DNA of 36,971 nucleotides from a virus (Duplodnaviria; Heunggongvirae; Uroviricota; Caudoviricetes): IMG/VR virus record IMGVR_UViG_2711768012_000020; one strand, 5' to 3'. Shown piece by piece: positions 36,675 to 36,971 of this stretch (position 1 is its first letter; each line of letters starts with the position of its first letter). The notes under the pieces were generated by a model. It saw only the letters and a program-made list of their open reading frames with translations, ran no database searches and was not told where the DNA came from. The position numbers and the translations under genes were made by a program.

Positions 36675-36971
36675 ATGGCAGTAAAGATTTCAGGTGTACT
36701 GAAAGACGGCACAGGAAAACCGGTACAGAACTGCACAATCCAGCTGAAAGCAAAACGTAACAGCACCACGGTGGTGGTGAACACGCTGGCCTCAGAAAAT
36801 CCGGATGAAGCCGGGCGTTACAGCATGGACGTTGAGTACGGGCAGTACAGCGTTATTCTGTTGGTGGAGGGATTCCCGCCGTCACATGCCGGGACCATCA
36901 CCGTGTATGAAGATTCCCGACCCGGTACGCTGAATGATTTTCTCGGTGCCATGACGGAGGATGATGCCCGT
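36675..36971 (+). CDS. stf: Side tail fibre protein Stf, N-terminal part (continues beyond the window)
   Basis: MAVKISGVLKDGTGKPVQNCTIQLKAKRNSTTVVVNT...GTITVYEDS matches the lambda Stf N-terminus; the ORF is open to the window end. Confidence 0.8.
   Translation, partial: MAVKISGVLKDGTGKPVQNCTIQLKAKRNSTTVVVNTLASENPDEAGRYSMDVEYGQYSVILLVEGFPPSHAGTITVYEDSRPGTLNDFLGAMTEDDAR

Noticed and set aside
1-36971. CRISPR array, integrase/attachment site, or toxin cargo such as stx
   Set aside because: No regularly spaced short repeats, no tyrosine-recombinase-like ORF and no toxin-like genes were seen; the integrase presumably lies outside the window.

Overview
This window is a nearly complete lambdoid prophage (enterobacterial, E. 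coli-like) with a lambda-type tail module and a phage-21-type lysis cassette. Nothing was computed or searched; all calls rest on reading the sequence and the ORF track, and family assignments are from recalled motifs. Left to right: an AT-rich accessory arm (Panacea/DUF4065-like protein with an overlapping partner ORF, an excisionase-like gene, an AT-rich membrane protein, two leftward early genes); the immunity region (S24-peptidase CI repressor, palindromic operators, Cro-like, CII-like); a translationally coupled replication/nin-like operon (initiator with internal iterons, Dam-like methyltransferase, LexA-DNA-binding-domain-only protein, RusA, KilA-N, DUF968/HNH); antiterminator Q; a stack of morons in the late leader (lipoprotein flanked by a duplicated terminator, small HTH protein plus a DPPY methyltransferase); pinholin, an unknown inserted ORF, SAR endolysin, Rz/Rz1; a cos-like region; terminase, portal, a prohead protease-capsid fusion; then lambda-like Z-U-V-G-T-H-M-L-K-I-J, lom and the start of stf. 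Two N-runs (30303-30639, 31819-32148) interrupt L and I. The strongest candidates for something undescribed are the Panacea-like pair at 1-989, the AT-rich membrane protein at 1568-2362, and the moron stack between Q and the lysis genes, including the ORF wedged between holin and endolysin. No integrase, tRNA, CRISPR array or toxin cargo such as stx was recognised.
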